Positions 13,761-26,640 of a DNA stretch of 64,000 bases are shown piece after piece (positions within the stretch are counted from its first letter, which is position 1; every line of letters begins with the position of its first letter). Position numbers and translations under genes: made by a program. The notes under the pieces were generated by a model, which saw only the letters and a list, made by a program, of their open reading frames with translations, ran no database searches and was not told the DNA's origin. The stretch is from Narcine bancroftii (lineage: Eukaryota). The stretch covers positions 232,810,001 to 232,874,000 of the forward strand of contig NC_091473.1 in the NCBI RefSeq assembly GCF_036971445.1, written 5' to 3'.

Positions 13761-14064
13761 CAGTGTGGCCCTGATATAATTTGATCGATGGGGTCCATAA
13801 AATCTCATCATGAGAAAAACAGGGTCGCACTAAATCAGGGTTTCAATAAATCATTGTTACAGTTGAACTTAAAACACAAATGAATTCTTAGTAAACCAGA
13901 AATGGCAATTTCACTGACAGGAAACAAATAAAGTGTGTGATGTGGAACGCTCACAGCTTAATGCCCTCACTCCTGCCCAGGAGCCTGACGCCCGAGTCCA
14001 GTAACTCATCATGTTATATCGAAATTCAAATTAAATCGGGGTCTGTAAAATCGGGATTTCACTG
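13761..14064. mobile_element. Tc1/pogo (Tigger-like) MITE remnant
   Basis: TA|CAGTG ... CACTG|TA termini with imperfect inverted ends. Confidence 0.45.
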
Positions 14065-15425
14065 TATCACAATTTCTGCAGACTTTCATGTATCATTGCC
14101 CTTTTAATCCTGATTTCCGTTTTTTGAAATTTAAACCTTTCTTCCTTTTTAATAAAATTAAACTTGGCATATCTCACATTTTAAAGGGAGTGCTTAAGGT
14201 GAGAAGGTCATAGTTATGCAATTTGCTGCACGCATTTAAGATGAAAGAATTAATTATGTGTGGATCCTACCAACTTCCAACATCAGGACTTTTTTTTAGC
14301 ATGAAGTGTGTCCTTACATCAGAAAAAAAGAAAGAAATGAATGAAAAATTAGTTGGTCGAAAGTCTGCTTTGCTTTGAATTCATGTCATAAAGCCATGGA
14401 TTTGTACAGCAAAGCAACTGACACTTCACCCCACCCCATCTACGGTAACCTATCTGCAATGATCCCACTTGCCTACATTAATTCAAAGTTCAAAGATCAG
14501 ATTTATTGTCAGAGTACAGACATGACGTCACATACAGCCCTGAGATTTTCTTTCTGTGTGGGCATGACAGGAGAAAGAAATTGTACTCAAGAAGATAGTA
14601 TAATTGTAAACAAATATCTCTCTCTGTGTCTTACTCATTTAAACAGCTGACCAGATGCCTCTTAACCCATAGCTTTTTCTGTCTCCACAACCTCCTCCGG
14701 CAGCTCATTCAGTGTGGAAAAATTGATTCCCTTTTAAACTGGCTTGCTCTCATCTTAAAACAATGCCCTTTAGTTCACCTTACTACGGAAAGAGACAATG
14801 GTTATCTGCCCTATTCCTGCCTCTTGTAATTTTGTCTATCTTATCATGTTACCTCTCAGCCTCCGCTTCAGGGAAAGACGGCCCAGCTGATTAAATCTCT
14901 CCCTATAACTCAAGCCCTCCATCTCATGATATGCCTTATGGTTTTAAAATTCATTAACTGCATGAGAACTTTCAACTTCTCTTTCTCCAAGGCTTTTCCA
15001 AAATCGACACTTGCTACCTTTTAAAGGGTTTGCTCTTTTCAAATGGAATTAGCATTGGGATGGGCACAGTGAATCTTGGAATTTGGGACTGTGGAATTTA
15101 CAAACAGAAAATTGAAAAGGTTTTTCAATCTGTTGGAATATCCAAATTAAAATAAAAACTCCATTAAACACCTTAAAGCAAATTGTGCTGTTTGATCCGA
15201 TGGGGCCAATGGATGTAAGTGACAATGTGTTTCAAAGCTCCAGAATAGAGTGACCAGCATTAACATAACAGACACTAATTACAAGTAATGCACAGCAACA
15301 GAATACAGAGTTCTTTCTGATTAAAATTACTACTATTAATCTCAGCAAAGGCATTTAATAATTAGCGACACAACTTATGATATGTTCAACTCTGTTGTCC
15401 TTCCACTACAACAAACATTAAATAT

Positions 15426-15610
15426 TCTTCTTTTCTTTGGCTTGGCTTCGCGGACGAAAGTTTATGGAGGGGTAATGTCCACGTCAGCTGCAGGCTCGTT
15501 TGTGGCTGACAAGTCCGATGCGGGACAGGCAGACACGGTTGCAGCGGTTGCAGGGGAAAATTGGTTGGTTGGGGTTGGGTGTTGGGTTTTTCCTCCTTTG
15601 CCTTTTGTCA
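15426..15610 (-). mobile_element. RTE LINE 3' end
   Basis: Reverse complement of the same RTE tail. Confidence 0.9.
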
Positions 15611-15827
15611 CTTTGTGACAAAGAAAACCTTCAGAGAAAAATCCCCTGATCTTATCAGAGTAAATGAGGAATTAACAGATGGAACAAATGCTTGGTACAT
15701 GGTCTGAAATAACTGTTAACTGGAGGTTTCTGATTTCATGCTCTGAAGTGGTATTAATGTAATAACAATAGAAGCAGAGGTTCAGCTGTGATTCATATGT
15801 GCCACTGACATACATCTTCTCTCTTAA

Positions 15828-15930
15828 AGAAGAATGACACTGTGTATATTCAAGAGGGAAATGTTTGTGTGTATTTTGATTAATATGGTTCATAGTGTGA
15901 AAATTTTTAAAAAAATAAAAAAAAAGAAGA
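15828..15930 (+). mobile_element. L1 extreme 3' end with A-tail
   Basis: Matches the 3'UTR end of the 2487 and 6846 copies. Confidence 0.75.
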
Positions 15931-16204
15931 AAATCACTACTGTTGTTCAATCCCTACCATAGGATGTTTCCAGGAAAGAAAAATGTCTATTTTAATTTTT
16001 TTTTTAAATATTTGGGACTAAACTAATTCTGGTTTGTTTGTCAATGGTTGTTTATCCGCAGTGACCCCATGGTCATCAGCAGAATCACAGACGGCAATGA
16101 CGAAGCATACTGGAGGGAGATGGATCAGCACGTTGTGTGGTGCCACAACAACAACCTTGCACTCTATATTAGTAAAACCTGCACGAATGAAGAATAAATG
16201 TAAT

Positions 16205-16820
16205 GTGCCTAATAATACTTTACTTTTACCAAGTTAAGGCTTTTCTGTCTTATAAAATAGGACCGAGTTTGTTGATACCTAGTTGGAGCGAATTGGAATT
16301 ACTGATTTGTAATAGTAATGTAAGTAAATTTATTTCTGAAATGTATGATTTACTTGAAAGAAAGCCTCTAAAATCGGGGTGTATAAGTCAAGGTTAAGAT
16401 GGGAAGTGGATTTAAATAAATAAATGAGAAAGTCTGAATGGCATTATGAACAGATAATATGACAAAAATTATAAACATTAGGTATAGGTTAGTTCAATAT
16501 AATTCTTTGCATCAGTTGGATCTGACTCCACAAAATAAATTAAATAGATTGAATCTATATTATCAGATTTGTGTTTCAGGTGTGGGCGAGAGATTGGATC
16601 ATTTTTGCATTCTACTTGGGAATGTCCTAAAGTTAAGCATTTCTGGTGGGAAGTTCGTAATTTTTTAGAACGAATAATGGGGTTCAAGTTCCCACAGGAT
16701 TTGATGCTCTTTTTGTTGGGTAATATTAAGGTTATAAAACCTAAATAAAAATTAACTATGTATCAAACTGAATTTATAGAAATTGCTTTAGCAGTATCTC
16801 GGAAATATATAGCAATAACT
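16205..16820 (+). mobile_element. Degraded L1-like ORF2 C-terminus (second family)
   Basis: RYRLVQYN.LHQL.LTPQ, CFRCG...HSTWECPK across frameshifts. Confidence 0.75.
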
Positions 16821-16872
16821 CATCTTCAGGCTCCTATACCTCCTTCCCAATGGTAGCAGAGTGAAGAGAGCA

Positions 16873-17023
16873 TGGCTCCATCCCCATCTGCTCACATATA
16901 ATCCTGGTTTCCTACCTAAAGCCAGAACCCTTCCGAAGACTACTGTGAAACCCTACCCATAGTTATAAGCTCAATAAAAGTGTTTGTTCCTCCTCCAGTC
17001 GTCAGAGCTTTTATTCACGCTAC
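16873..17023 (+). mobile_element. Partial LTR (3' part)
   Basis: TATA-like element, AATAAA, and end TTTATTCACGCTACA resembling other LTR ends in the window. Confidence 0.45.
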
Positions 17024-17339
17024 ACACCCTTTGTTGGAAGTAGAATGCTAGTGAATCTACACGTGAGTCTTTATACAGCACTTTAATTATAATTCATTTT
17101 TACCTGTCTTTTATCATTCCTTTTGGAAGAGTATTTACAGCATCAATCACGTTGTTTGGTCTCGAGTCATAAATGGGTTGTGCTGGAAGGACAATGTGAT
17201 GACAAATTGCTTGTAATATATCGAATGCTCTTCCCAGAGCCTCACCCGAAAGCTTTATGGTAATATCCCCTTGTGATGAGTGAGTTTATGCATTTGTATA
17301 CTTTTGTCTACTTCTGTTTATCTGCCATCGTCAGTGAAA

Positions 17340-17620
17340 CATGAAATTCTGCAGACACTGTGATTTTATTCAAAACACAAAAATGATGGAGGAGTTCAGC
17401 CAGACTCGCCACATCCATAAGAGGTAGAGATGCATCACTGACTTTTCGGGCCCGAACCCTTCCTCAAGATATCCATGAAAAAATACAGGCATCTGAATTG
17501 AAGGCTGAGCGAAGAAAGGAGGAAGAATTGGAGAGGGTAGAGGACTAAGTAACAGACAAAAATGTTATATGTTGGATATGTTAAGAGGAAAAGCTCTGTG
17601 AAAGGAGACTATGGGATAAG

Positions 17621-17685
<65 letters not shown>

Positions 17686-17900
17686 AGACAGGGAGAAAAA
17701 GATGGGAGGGAGGAAGGTGTTTCTAATGTAAATTGGAGGTCAATGCCCAGATGGAAGATGAGCTGTTGTTCCTCCAATTTGCAGGTGGCCTCAGCCAGGA
17801 AGTGCACGAGACCATGGTCAGACACGTCAGCAAGTGAATGGGATGGGAAATTGAAATGGGTGGCCACTGGGAGAGCCATGTTATTGCAGTGGACAGTCAG
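17340..17900 (-). mobile_element. Penelope-like element 3' fragment with internal (GA)n
   Basis: ALPVATHFN...EATCKLEEQQLIFHLG GIY-YIG tail. Confidence 0.75.
17623..17682. repeat. (GA)n microsatellite
   Basis: Direct reading. Confidence 0.95.
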
Positions 17901-19649
17901 CTCAGTAAGCAGGGAACCTTTCTGGCAGACAAATTGCTTGTCTGGAAATCAAATAGCTCAGAAGAACATTGTTAGATAAATGTGCAGGGCCTGACGGGAT
18001 CTATCCCCAGTTATTGAGAGAGATAAGAATGATATCTACTCTATGTATCTTTTTTTAAAATCACAAGCAAGGTCCCAGAGTTCTTCCGTTTAAGAAAGGC
18101 AATAGAGACATATCAAAAAATTATAGGCTGGTGATCCTTGCATTAGTGATAGGTAAATTAATGGAGAAAATCCATGGGGATATTTAGTCCTTAATTATAC
18201 GCCCTTCATCTATCAATTATTGTTAACATTGTTTTCAAAATATTACTCTATTCATTAAAAAAAAAGGTAAAATGGGCTCCTTCGACACCATTCTGTGCAA
18301 GGCACATCATCCCATTTACCTCAGCAGGATATTCATTTTCCTTTATATCCATTCCTTGAGCAAACAGCCTGAGGAATTTTTCATGGCTCACTGTTCCTAA
18401 GCGTCTACTAGCAACAGGACCTTCAACCTAACCCCAAGCGTCAGTGCGATTCCAAGGGTGTAGCACTGGACCTTGGAAATGCAAGATTTCAGCACTCAGT
18501 GCTCCTTGGACTGAAACACCAATATATTTTGGGCAGAGCAGAGGACGTCTTTCACCGAGTTGGAAACCTTTCATCAACAGATGGCGCTTGTCTGCGCGTG
18601 TGTCCCTGGGAATAGCCCATGAAGCACAGGTTGCTGTGTTACTCAGCTGTTCAGAATGAACATTGACAAAGATCTCTGCAACGCTTCCCAGACCTGCTTG
18701 GCAATGGTTATTAGCATCTGATCCCTCTGTTATACTCAAGAGTACTCTGACAGTCACTATCTTCCAAGATTCCCCAGTACTATAACAACTACAATAAGAG
18801 GAAGAGTGTGACTTTGCTTTAAAGGATGCAAAAGAGATTTACAAGGATCTTATCAGAAATGGATTTTTTTATGTATAAGGAAAGTTGGCGGCATGGTGAG
18901 CCTAGAAGTTAGTGCAATGCTACTACAGGATTAGTGAACCGGGTTCAAATCCGGTGCTGTCGGTAAGGAGGTTGTATGTCTCCCTGTGATTGCATGGGTT
19001 TCCTCCAAGCACTCCAGTTTCTTCCCACCCTTCAAAATGTGGTATTTGGGCAGCACAGACTGGTGGGCCAGAAAGACCTGTTACTATGCCATATGATTAA
19101 ATTTAAAGAAAGACAAGATAAGATGGGGTATTTTCCTTGGAACTGGGACGATTGAAGAGAAAATGAATTGAGGTGTTTCAAATTATGCAAGGCCCAGAAA
19201 CAGTAAGTAGGATTCCCCTTTGCAGAGGGGGTCAAAAAAAAATACCAAGCAAGATAAATGAACATAAATGATAGAAAAAAAAGATGTGAAAGGAAGAAAA
19301 TATATTCAGCAAGAAAATGGTTGGCATCTCAAATCCACTGTCAAATAGAATGATAGAACTAGAAACCTACATCACATTTAATAAATACCTGGATGTTTAC
19401 TTGAAGATCAATGATTTCAGGGATACAGGCCTGATGATTAAAAATGGTATTAGAATGGACAGATATTCTTTGATTGGGACTGGCACAATGCCTCCTTCAA
19501 AGTTATAACTGGTGATTTGGAGTTGGTGGTCCTGCTGAGGGTGTCAGAGATTGAATGTTCTACATCAGGTGAGATGCACAATATTCATGTGTCCCATGAG
19601 GTCATGAGTTTATAACAAAATATAAGTAATAAAAAAGAAACCAAGTTTC

Positions 19650-21471
19650 TGTAATGAAAGAGTGCTAGTGATCCTCCTGACCACTAGAGCAAGTCAGAGA
19701 CTAGTTTGTTACAGCTTGTGTAGATTCAAGATGGATGTTTTCATGCAGTTCTGAATGAGTTCTTTAGCTAATAAAATATTTTTGTTTTAAAAGAACCCAA
19801 TTTTCTTTATCACAATGAAAGAAACATCATATGGTACCAGGAGTGGAAGAAACACCAGGAATGTGCAGTGTGTGTATCTGTCATTATCAGCAGTGATATG
19901 GAGAGTGTAAAGATTCCTGTCACTGTAAATTGGTCTGGAAGTGTTGACCTCAAATGGAGGCTGTTCCACGGAGATAGATGTAAATCTCCATGTGAATCTG
20001 ATCACTGAATCTCTCCTGTATTTGAAATGAAATCCAAGCAGATCGCAACTGAAATAGAAAAGGATACAGTCTACAGAGGGTCATCAAATATCTGAAAGAA
20101 GGATGGCCTAGAGGTGAATGTCAGCCATACTACAACATCAGAGCTGATCTGAGTAGAATTACTCAGACAGAGTAGATTACCATTCCTCAATCACTGCAAC
20201 AAGAGCTGCTGAAAAGGGTGCATGAGGGGAACTTTGGAATAGAAAAATGCAATTGGAACTGTTGTTTATTGGACAGGGATAAATGATAACATTGACAGGA
20301 TGGTTTCCAGTTTTGACATCTGTTTGAAACAGCAATACCATGACAAAAAATTAGAACTGATCTGTTCCACATGGATGGAAATAATTATATGCTGTTTATT
20401 GATTATCTATTGAACTATCCGGAGATTGCATTGCTTCCTAATATATCTACTGCTTGTGTAATCAAATATATGAAATTGATTTTTCAATGGCATGAAATTC
20501 CTCAAATTGTCTACAGTGACAATGGACCATGCTACAGCTGTGGAGAATTCCAGAACTTTGTAGAAGATGTGATTTTCGACATGTGAGTTCAAATCCTCTG
20601 CATCCATAGTCAAACGGTAAGGCAGGAAAATGAGTTCACATAGTTAAACAATTGCTCAAGAAAGCACTAGACAGTAGCTCAGATCCGTATCTAGCTCTAT
20701 TTAGTAACAGAGGTTTGCTACTTGAATATGCCATGTCACCTGCTGAGCTTCTGATGGGACATAGACTACGCACCACACTTCCCTACTCTACAAACCCAAA
20801 CAAGAACAGAAATGTTAAAGATGTCAAATGGAAACAAAAGCATCTGCAATGGAGACAAAAAGCAAACTATGACGAGTCAGCAAGAAGCTTAGGGCCACTG
20901 GCACCACATAACTCAGAGATTCCAGCACTTGAGACAAAAAGGTTACTATTCTCAAGGAAGTACATCTAAGATTCTAAACTTTCAGAACAGAAGATGGTCA
21001 AATACTGAGAAGAAATCAAAAGAGTCTGCTGAAAATGCAAGAGACATTAGAGGAACAGACAAATGCTGAAGATCCAGCCTGCACATCAAGGGAGGAAAGA
21101 CCACCAATGCTAGACAGTAGTGGACCAGCAGAGTGTTAAAAAGATCCAAATGTGTTATCAAAGCACCTGATAGGCTGAATCTCTAAAAGAAAAAGAACAC
21201 ACTTAAAAAGTTTGTGCTGCTGATGTGTTTATATTTGTGTTGAACTTTAAATTGAAATGAATACTGTATCATGCTGTTAGATTAAACATCTCAAGGAAAA
21301 GGAATGTAATGATAGAGTGCTACTGATCCTCCTGACCACCAGAGGGAGCTGGAAACTAGTTTGATTCAAGATAGATTTCTTCATATGGTCCTGAGTGACT
21401 TCTTTAGCTAATAAAGTATAATTATTTTAAAAGAACCCAAGTTTTTTTATGACAATAAAAGAAACATCACA
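19650..21471 (+). mobile_element. Internally deleted Gypsy LTR element (inner), integrase remnant only
   Basis: LTRs 19650-19831 and 21305-21471, PBS TGGTACCAGGAGTGG 19832-19846, PPT AAGGAAAAGGAA, perfect 5-bp TSD GTTTC. Confidence 0.88.
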
Positions 21472-22977
21472 GTTTCTTGATCATAATAGAAGAAAGATCA
21501 CATGATACCAGGAGTAGGTATCAGCAGGAGACATGGAAAGTGGAAAACTGCCTGACTCTGTGAATTGTACTGGGAATGTCGGCCAGGATTGACAGTTGTT
21601 CAAACATTGATTTATGCTGTATCTGCAAGCCATTGGACTTGATAGAAAATTGGATGTCGTGGCAGGACCCTGAGCACCAAATGTTTTTGCATTTGTTTTT
21701 GCCTAGGCAGATGACCAAGGCAAGTTTGACAAGGTTATTAAGATGTTCGATGGACACTGCTCACCAAAGAAAAATGAAAGTTTGAGATGTATGTGTTTCG
21801 CTAGTGAACACAGCTGCAGGCAGAAAGCTTTGATTCTTTTTTTTAATGGATTTGAAATTGAAAGCAAGAACATGCAATTTTGGATTGCTGCAAGATTTAA
21901 TGATCCATGATCAAATTGTGTTTGGAATTATTGACAAAGTGAGAGAGCATTGGTATGAGACACGGAGCTTACCTTAGTTGGAGCTGTGAAGATATGCCAT
22001 GCCCATGAATTATCTCTGTAGTACGCAAAAAAAAGTTCGAAGAGAGTGCAAGGGCCAGTGAAAATGAAGACATAGCCATAGCCACAGTGTCTGCTTGCAC
22101 ACATAAACAGAGAACGAGATACAGGAAACAACAAAAAGATGGAGAGACTTTCAATTGTAAATGATGTGGCACTCAACATGCACCAAAATAATGCCAAGCC
22201 TATGGAAAAGTTTGCAAAGCAATGTTTTTCCAAAGCAGGAATGAAAGTGTGCACACTTTAGGAGATATTGTCCTCAATGATACATTTTTGTGGGCATGGT
22301 AGCCAGGAAAGTTTCAAACCAACAGACACTGAACAGCCAAGCATAAACAGAGTTGAGCAGGACAAGTGGACAGTGCTATTGCATGTAAATGAAGCAGATA
22401 CTCCTTTCAAGCTGGAAACAGGGACAAAGGCCAATTTGATTGGTGAGTGCAACATCAGGGCAATGAGGATAAGACTGTACATCTTCCAAATTCTGTTCAG
22501 CTCAAGGCCTACAATGGACAGCACATTGGCACGAAAGGCACATGTAGACTCGAGGTGAAAGTTAAAGATAAGAACATTACCTCATGTTTGTAGAAGTCCC
22601 AGATGGACATGACTCATTGCTTAGTGAAGCATGTGAAAACATATCCCTAGTCAATGCATGTGAAAACTTAAGCCCTAGTCAAGACCGTGTATTGAATTAA
22701 CCGCACCAATGCACAGAAGAGCGTAAAGGAAATACTGGATTAAATTTCCAGACATCTTCAAGGGGTTGGGTGTTCTTTCATTCAGGTTCCAGTGCCACTA
22801 AAAGACAGGCTCAAACAGGAACGTTACTGAATTACATCACTAGGGGTCATAAAGAAAGTGGAAGACCCCACTGAATGGGTGAATTCAATGGTGTGTGCCA
22901 AAAAGAAGAATGGTGCATGGACCCAAAAGACTTGAATGCCAATGTAAAGAGGGAAGATGATCAGATTCTGACCATGG

Positions 22978-23215
22978 TGTGGTAGAACATGGTATTGCGG
23001 GCACGTTCCCCGTTCAGCTGGGCAGGCTGGCCCACCTGTGGAACTGATAGCCCCTCCCCCTAAGACCCCTAATAAAGGCTGAGACCCCTAGTTTCCACCC
23101 CCATACCTGCCCTTGGACTTGAGCCAGCAGCATGCTGAGGCATGCTTGGATCTTTAGATCAATAAAGCCTTTGGCCCTTACTTTGTGTCTGTGAGTGGTC
23201 ATTGATCTTGCTACA
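22978..23215 (+). mobile_element. Solo LTR inserted in the Gypsy RT
   Basis: TG...CA ends, AATAAA, flanks CATGG/CAGGG; RT sequence resumes after it. Confidence 0.7.
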
Positions 23216-26169
23216 CAGGGATGAAGTTACAAGTGAGATTGCCAGTGCAAAGTTTTTCACCAAATTGGATGCATCCCAGGGCTTCTAGCAATTAAAACTG
23301 CATGAAGATAGCATGAAATACTGTACATTCAATACACTGTTTGGCCAGTACTCCTCATCTCTGAAGTCTTCCACAGGACAATGGAGCATAGAAGGCATAA
23401 ATAAGGTACACATGCACCTGGATGATACGGTCCTATGGGGATCCACACAGGTGCAACACAATGAGAGGCTCATCAAAGTGCTACAACACATCCAGAAGTG
23501 TGGATTAAAGCTAAACAGAGCAAAATGTCAGTTTGGTGTGAAGGAAATTACCTTTCTGGGAGATAAGCTGTCGGAGGCAGGTGTGGAGCCAGACAAGAGC
23601 AAGGTGAAAGCAATTGTAGAGAAGCCCAGACCCACAGACAGAAAGGGCATATTGTGAGTGCTGGGAATGATCAATTTCATTGGTAAATTCATACTAACTG
23701 GAAAGGTTCAGTCTGGTGAGGCTATCAACAACTTTTGAATGAAAATAAAGCCTATCAATTTTGCCCCAAAATTCAATGTGAGCAAATACATTCTCATTCA
23801 GTGGCAAAAATTTTGTTTTGTTTATCAGATTGTTTTATCCATGAAGACCCCTGGAAACTATTGCAATGGTGACAGACTGAACCAGGGAACAATTGACTTG
23901 TTGTCTGGTCGATGGCTTGAATTGGCTTCACTTACATTGTGGGAGCACATCCGAAGTGAGGTCTGTTGCAGAGGCATTTGTTTTGGCAGGTTTCAATGCC
24001 TCATCGAGTCTGGTGACTTTGTTAGGTTAATATCAGGTGAATTATTAGAGAAACCTTTTACCTTGTTGTTGAACATTACACATAGAATGAATAGAACCTA
24101 GTTTTGCAGACATTGGGTCTATGGAGGTACTTTGCCTGGTTGTTTTTGCATTGCCCCCTATCAAGGCAGCTTTAATGCTCTGAAATCTCCTATTCCCTCT
24201 CATTTGCGAACAAATATTCCCAAATCATCAGAAATGGTTCGAATCCTAGTTCTACAAGTGTTCAGTTTGAACAGTTTATCTTGGTATTTCAGTGTGCTGA
24301 CAGGGTAGCCTGGTCTTAGCTTATCGTGAATTACTGTGTGGGTGAACCCAGTAACTGTTGGCCAGAGTCGGTGTCGCGCCATTGCCAGAGTGACGTGTGC
24401 AGTGGTTTCTGGGACCTGGCAGTGGGGCCAATGAAGATTTGTGGTGTGTGCGAGGAGGGAGCTCTGAAATACCTGTGTCCAGTCTGTCACCCGTGATAAG
24501 TGAACAACGGGAGTGGTGCGTGGCTGGCGGTGTTTGCAACGGGAAATGAGGGGTGGCATGGGTAGCCCAAGGTTATGGCAGGTCAAGATAAGTTGGCCTT
24601 ACTAAAGCTCATCCTAAGGCCCAGGTGGTAGTCAAATTCGCCACTGTGGCCAGGGATAAATTCTGACATCATTGGAATGGTCTCAAGCTCTGAGAATAAT
24701 CTGTCTGATATAACACACAAAGCAGTCAAAGGAGCCCATGATCATAAATGACTTACCAGATGAGCCATGCCAGAAACTTTGGAATGATCTGTTCCACCTG
24801 GATGGAAAGAATTACCTGCTGGTTATTGTCTATCTATCGAACTATCCTGAGATGGCACTGCTTCCCTACCTCTCAACTGCCTGCTTGATCAGATACATGA
24901 AATCAATCTTTGCAAGACATGGAATTTCTCAAATTGTCTGCAGTGACAATGGACTATGCTACAGTTGTAGAGAATTCTTGAACTTTGCGGAAGAGTATGA
25001 TTTTTGACATGTGGCTTCAAGTCCTCTGCATCCCCGGTCAAATGGTAAAGCAGAGAAAGGCATTTACATAGCTAAACAGCTGCTCAAGAAAGTACAAGAC
25101 AGTGGCTCCGATCCTTATCTAGCTCTATTGAGTAACCGAGCTTCACCACTTGAACATGGCATGTCACCTGCTGAACTCCTGATGGGACGTAGACTAAGAA
25201 CCACACTTCCCTATTCTGCAGATCAAAACAAGAACAGAGTGTCAAACAGAAACAAAAGCATCTGCAATGGAGACAAAAAGCAAACTATGACAAGTCAGCC
25301 AGAAGCTTAGGCAACTGGCACAACATGGCACAGTGAGACTCAGAGATTCCAACATCTGGGACATGGAGGCCACTGCTCTCAAGGAGGGAAATTCAAGATC
25401 CAACACTGTCAGAACAGAGGATGGCCAAATACTGAGGAGGAATAGAAAGAGTCTGCTCAAAATGCAAGTAATGCTGCAAGAACAGATAAATGCAGGAGAT
25501 TTAGCCTGTACGGCAAGAGAGGGAACACCACCAGTGCTAGATAGTAATGGACCAGTGGAGCTGACACGTGCACCTGTGTTGAGAAGATCCACATGCATTA
25601 TTAAAGCATCTGACAGGCTGAATCTCTAAAAGAAAATGAACTGCATACTTAAAAAGTTTGTGCCATCGACATTTGTGCTTATGTTTATGTTTATGTTTAA
25701 CTTTAAATTTAACTGAATACTGTATTACCATGTAATGTTGCTGGATTAAACATCTTAAGGTAAGGGGATGCAGTTATTGGGAGTTGGTAATCATCCTGAC
25801 CACTATAGGGTGCCAGAGAATGAATGTCCTACCAAAAGAAGAAACATCACAATACCTATTTCCTAGTTGTTGAGTCATGGATATAGTTCTGATATCGTAA
25901 CTTTCACTTCATCTTCCCTCTATACACAGTTCAAATCCCCAATCTCTGAATTTCTGCTAGTTCTCTCCACCCCCACCCTCCACCCCCCACCCCCCCATAC
26001 AGGCTTGGAGCTTCCCCACAGCCTCAAAAAGCTATTCGATTTTGGCAACAAAAATAGACTCTATGGAGGAATTGAAGTTTCCTGTGATGGGTCCACAAAC
26101 AAAACATTTACTTGTGCATACTTCTGAATTATTCTTGGCAAGGACAATTTTCTATGAATTTGTAAAAGC

Positions 26170-26640
26170 TTGCTTCAGCTGATAAGTAATTGGTCATCAG
26201 AAATTGGATATCAATTGAACTGTGGAGTTGTTTGACTTTTGTGGCGTGACTGCTCTTTTGTTGCACTGAAACCAGCTTCAGTGCTCATTTAAATATAAAG
26301 GCTGGTGCCATCAGTGATCAGATTTCTATGTAAGTAGAGCAGTATTCTTGTCAAAGCAAACCCCAGGCAGCAAATGGTTGTCAGATCTGCCTCCAAAATA
26401 ACATGACTGATAGTTCTCAACAGGCATCCTTGACCGGTCAAATGCGTAAAAAAAAATTACATTTTTTCTTATTGGTTGCTTGGTAGGCTGAGAGAAAATG
26501 TAGAGGAGCTATTTATATTGACCAGTGAGTGCAGCTTTGAAACCTTTTGAGGATTAAATACCCCTGTTCTCTTCTCTTCTCTGATTCTCCTTTTACATCC
26601 AGCAGTGAAGTCCATTTGGAGTTTGTGAGGTAGGTAAGAG
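26170..26640 (+). promoter_or_regulatory. Candidate tnni1 promoter and non-coding 5' exon(s)
   Basis: Unique block with E-box CAGCTG (~26176), TATAAA 26294, donor gtaagt 26330, ATTGG 26471, MEF2-like CTATTTATAT 26509, TTAAATA 26554 and donor(s) GAG|gtaggtaag ~26630. The ATG exon has an acceptor, so an upstream exon must exist. Confidence 0.45.

Larger units (their letters stand above)
19510..25851 (+). mobile_element. Degenerate Gypsy LTR retrotransposon (outer element)
   Basis: 5' LTR split (19510-19649 and 21472-21511), PBS-like TGATACCAGGAGT ~21512, gag with zinc knuckle ~21560-22250, protease FKLETGTKANLI, RT (VEDPTEWVNSMV, TKLDASQGF, HLDD), integrase ~24640-25630, PPT 25757-25768, 3' LTR 25769-25851; flanks ATAAC/ATACC. 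Confidence 0.85.

Noticed and set aside
13374-13811. Proline-rich ORFs
   Set aside because: Result of a G-rich low-complexity tract.
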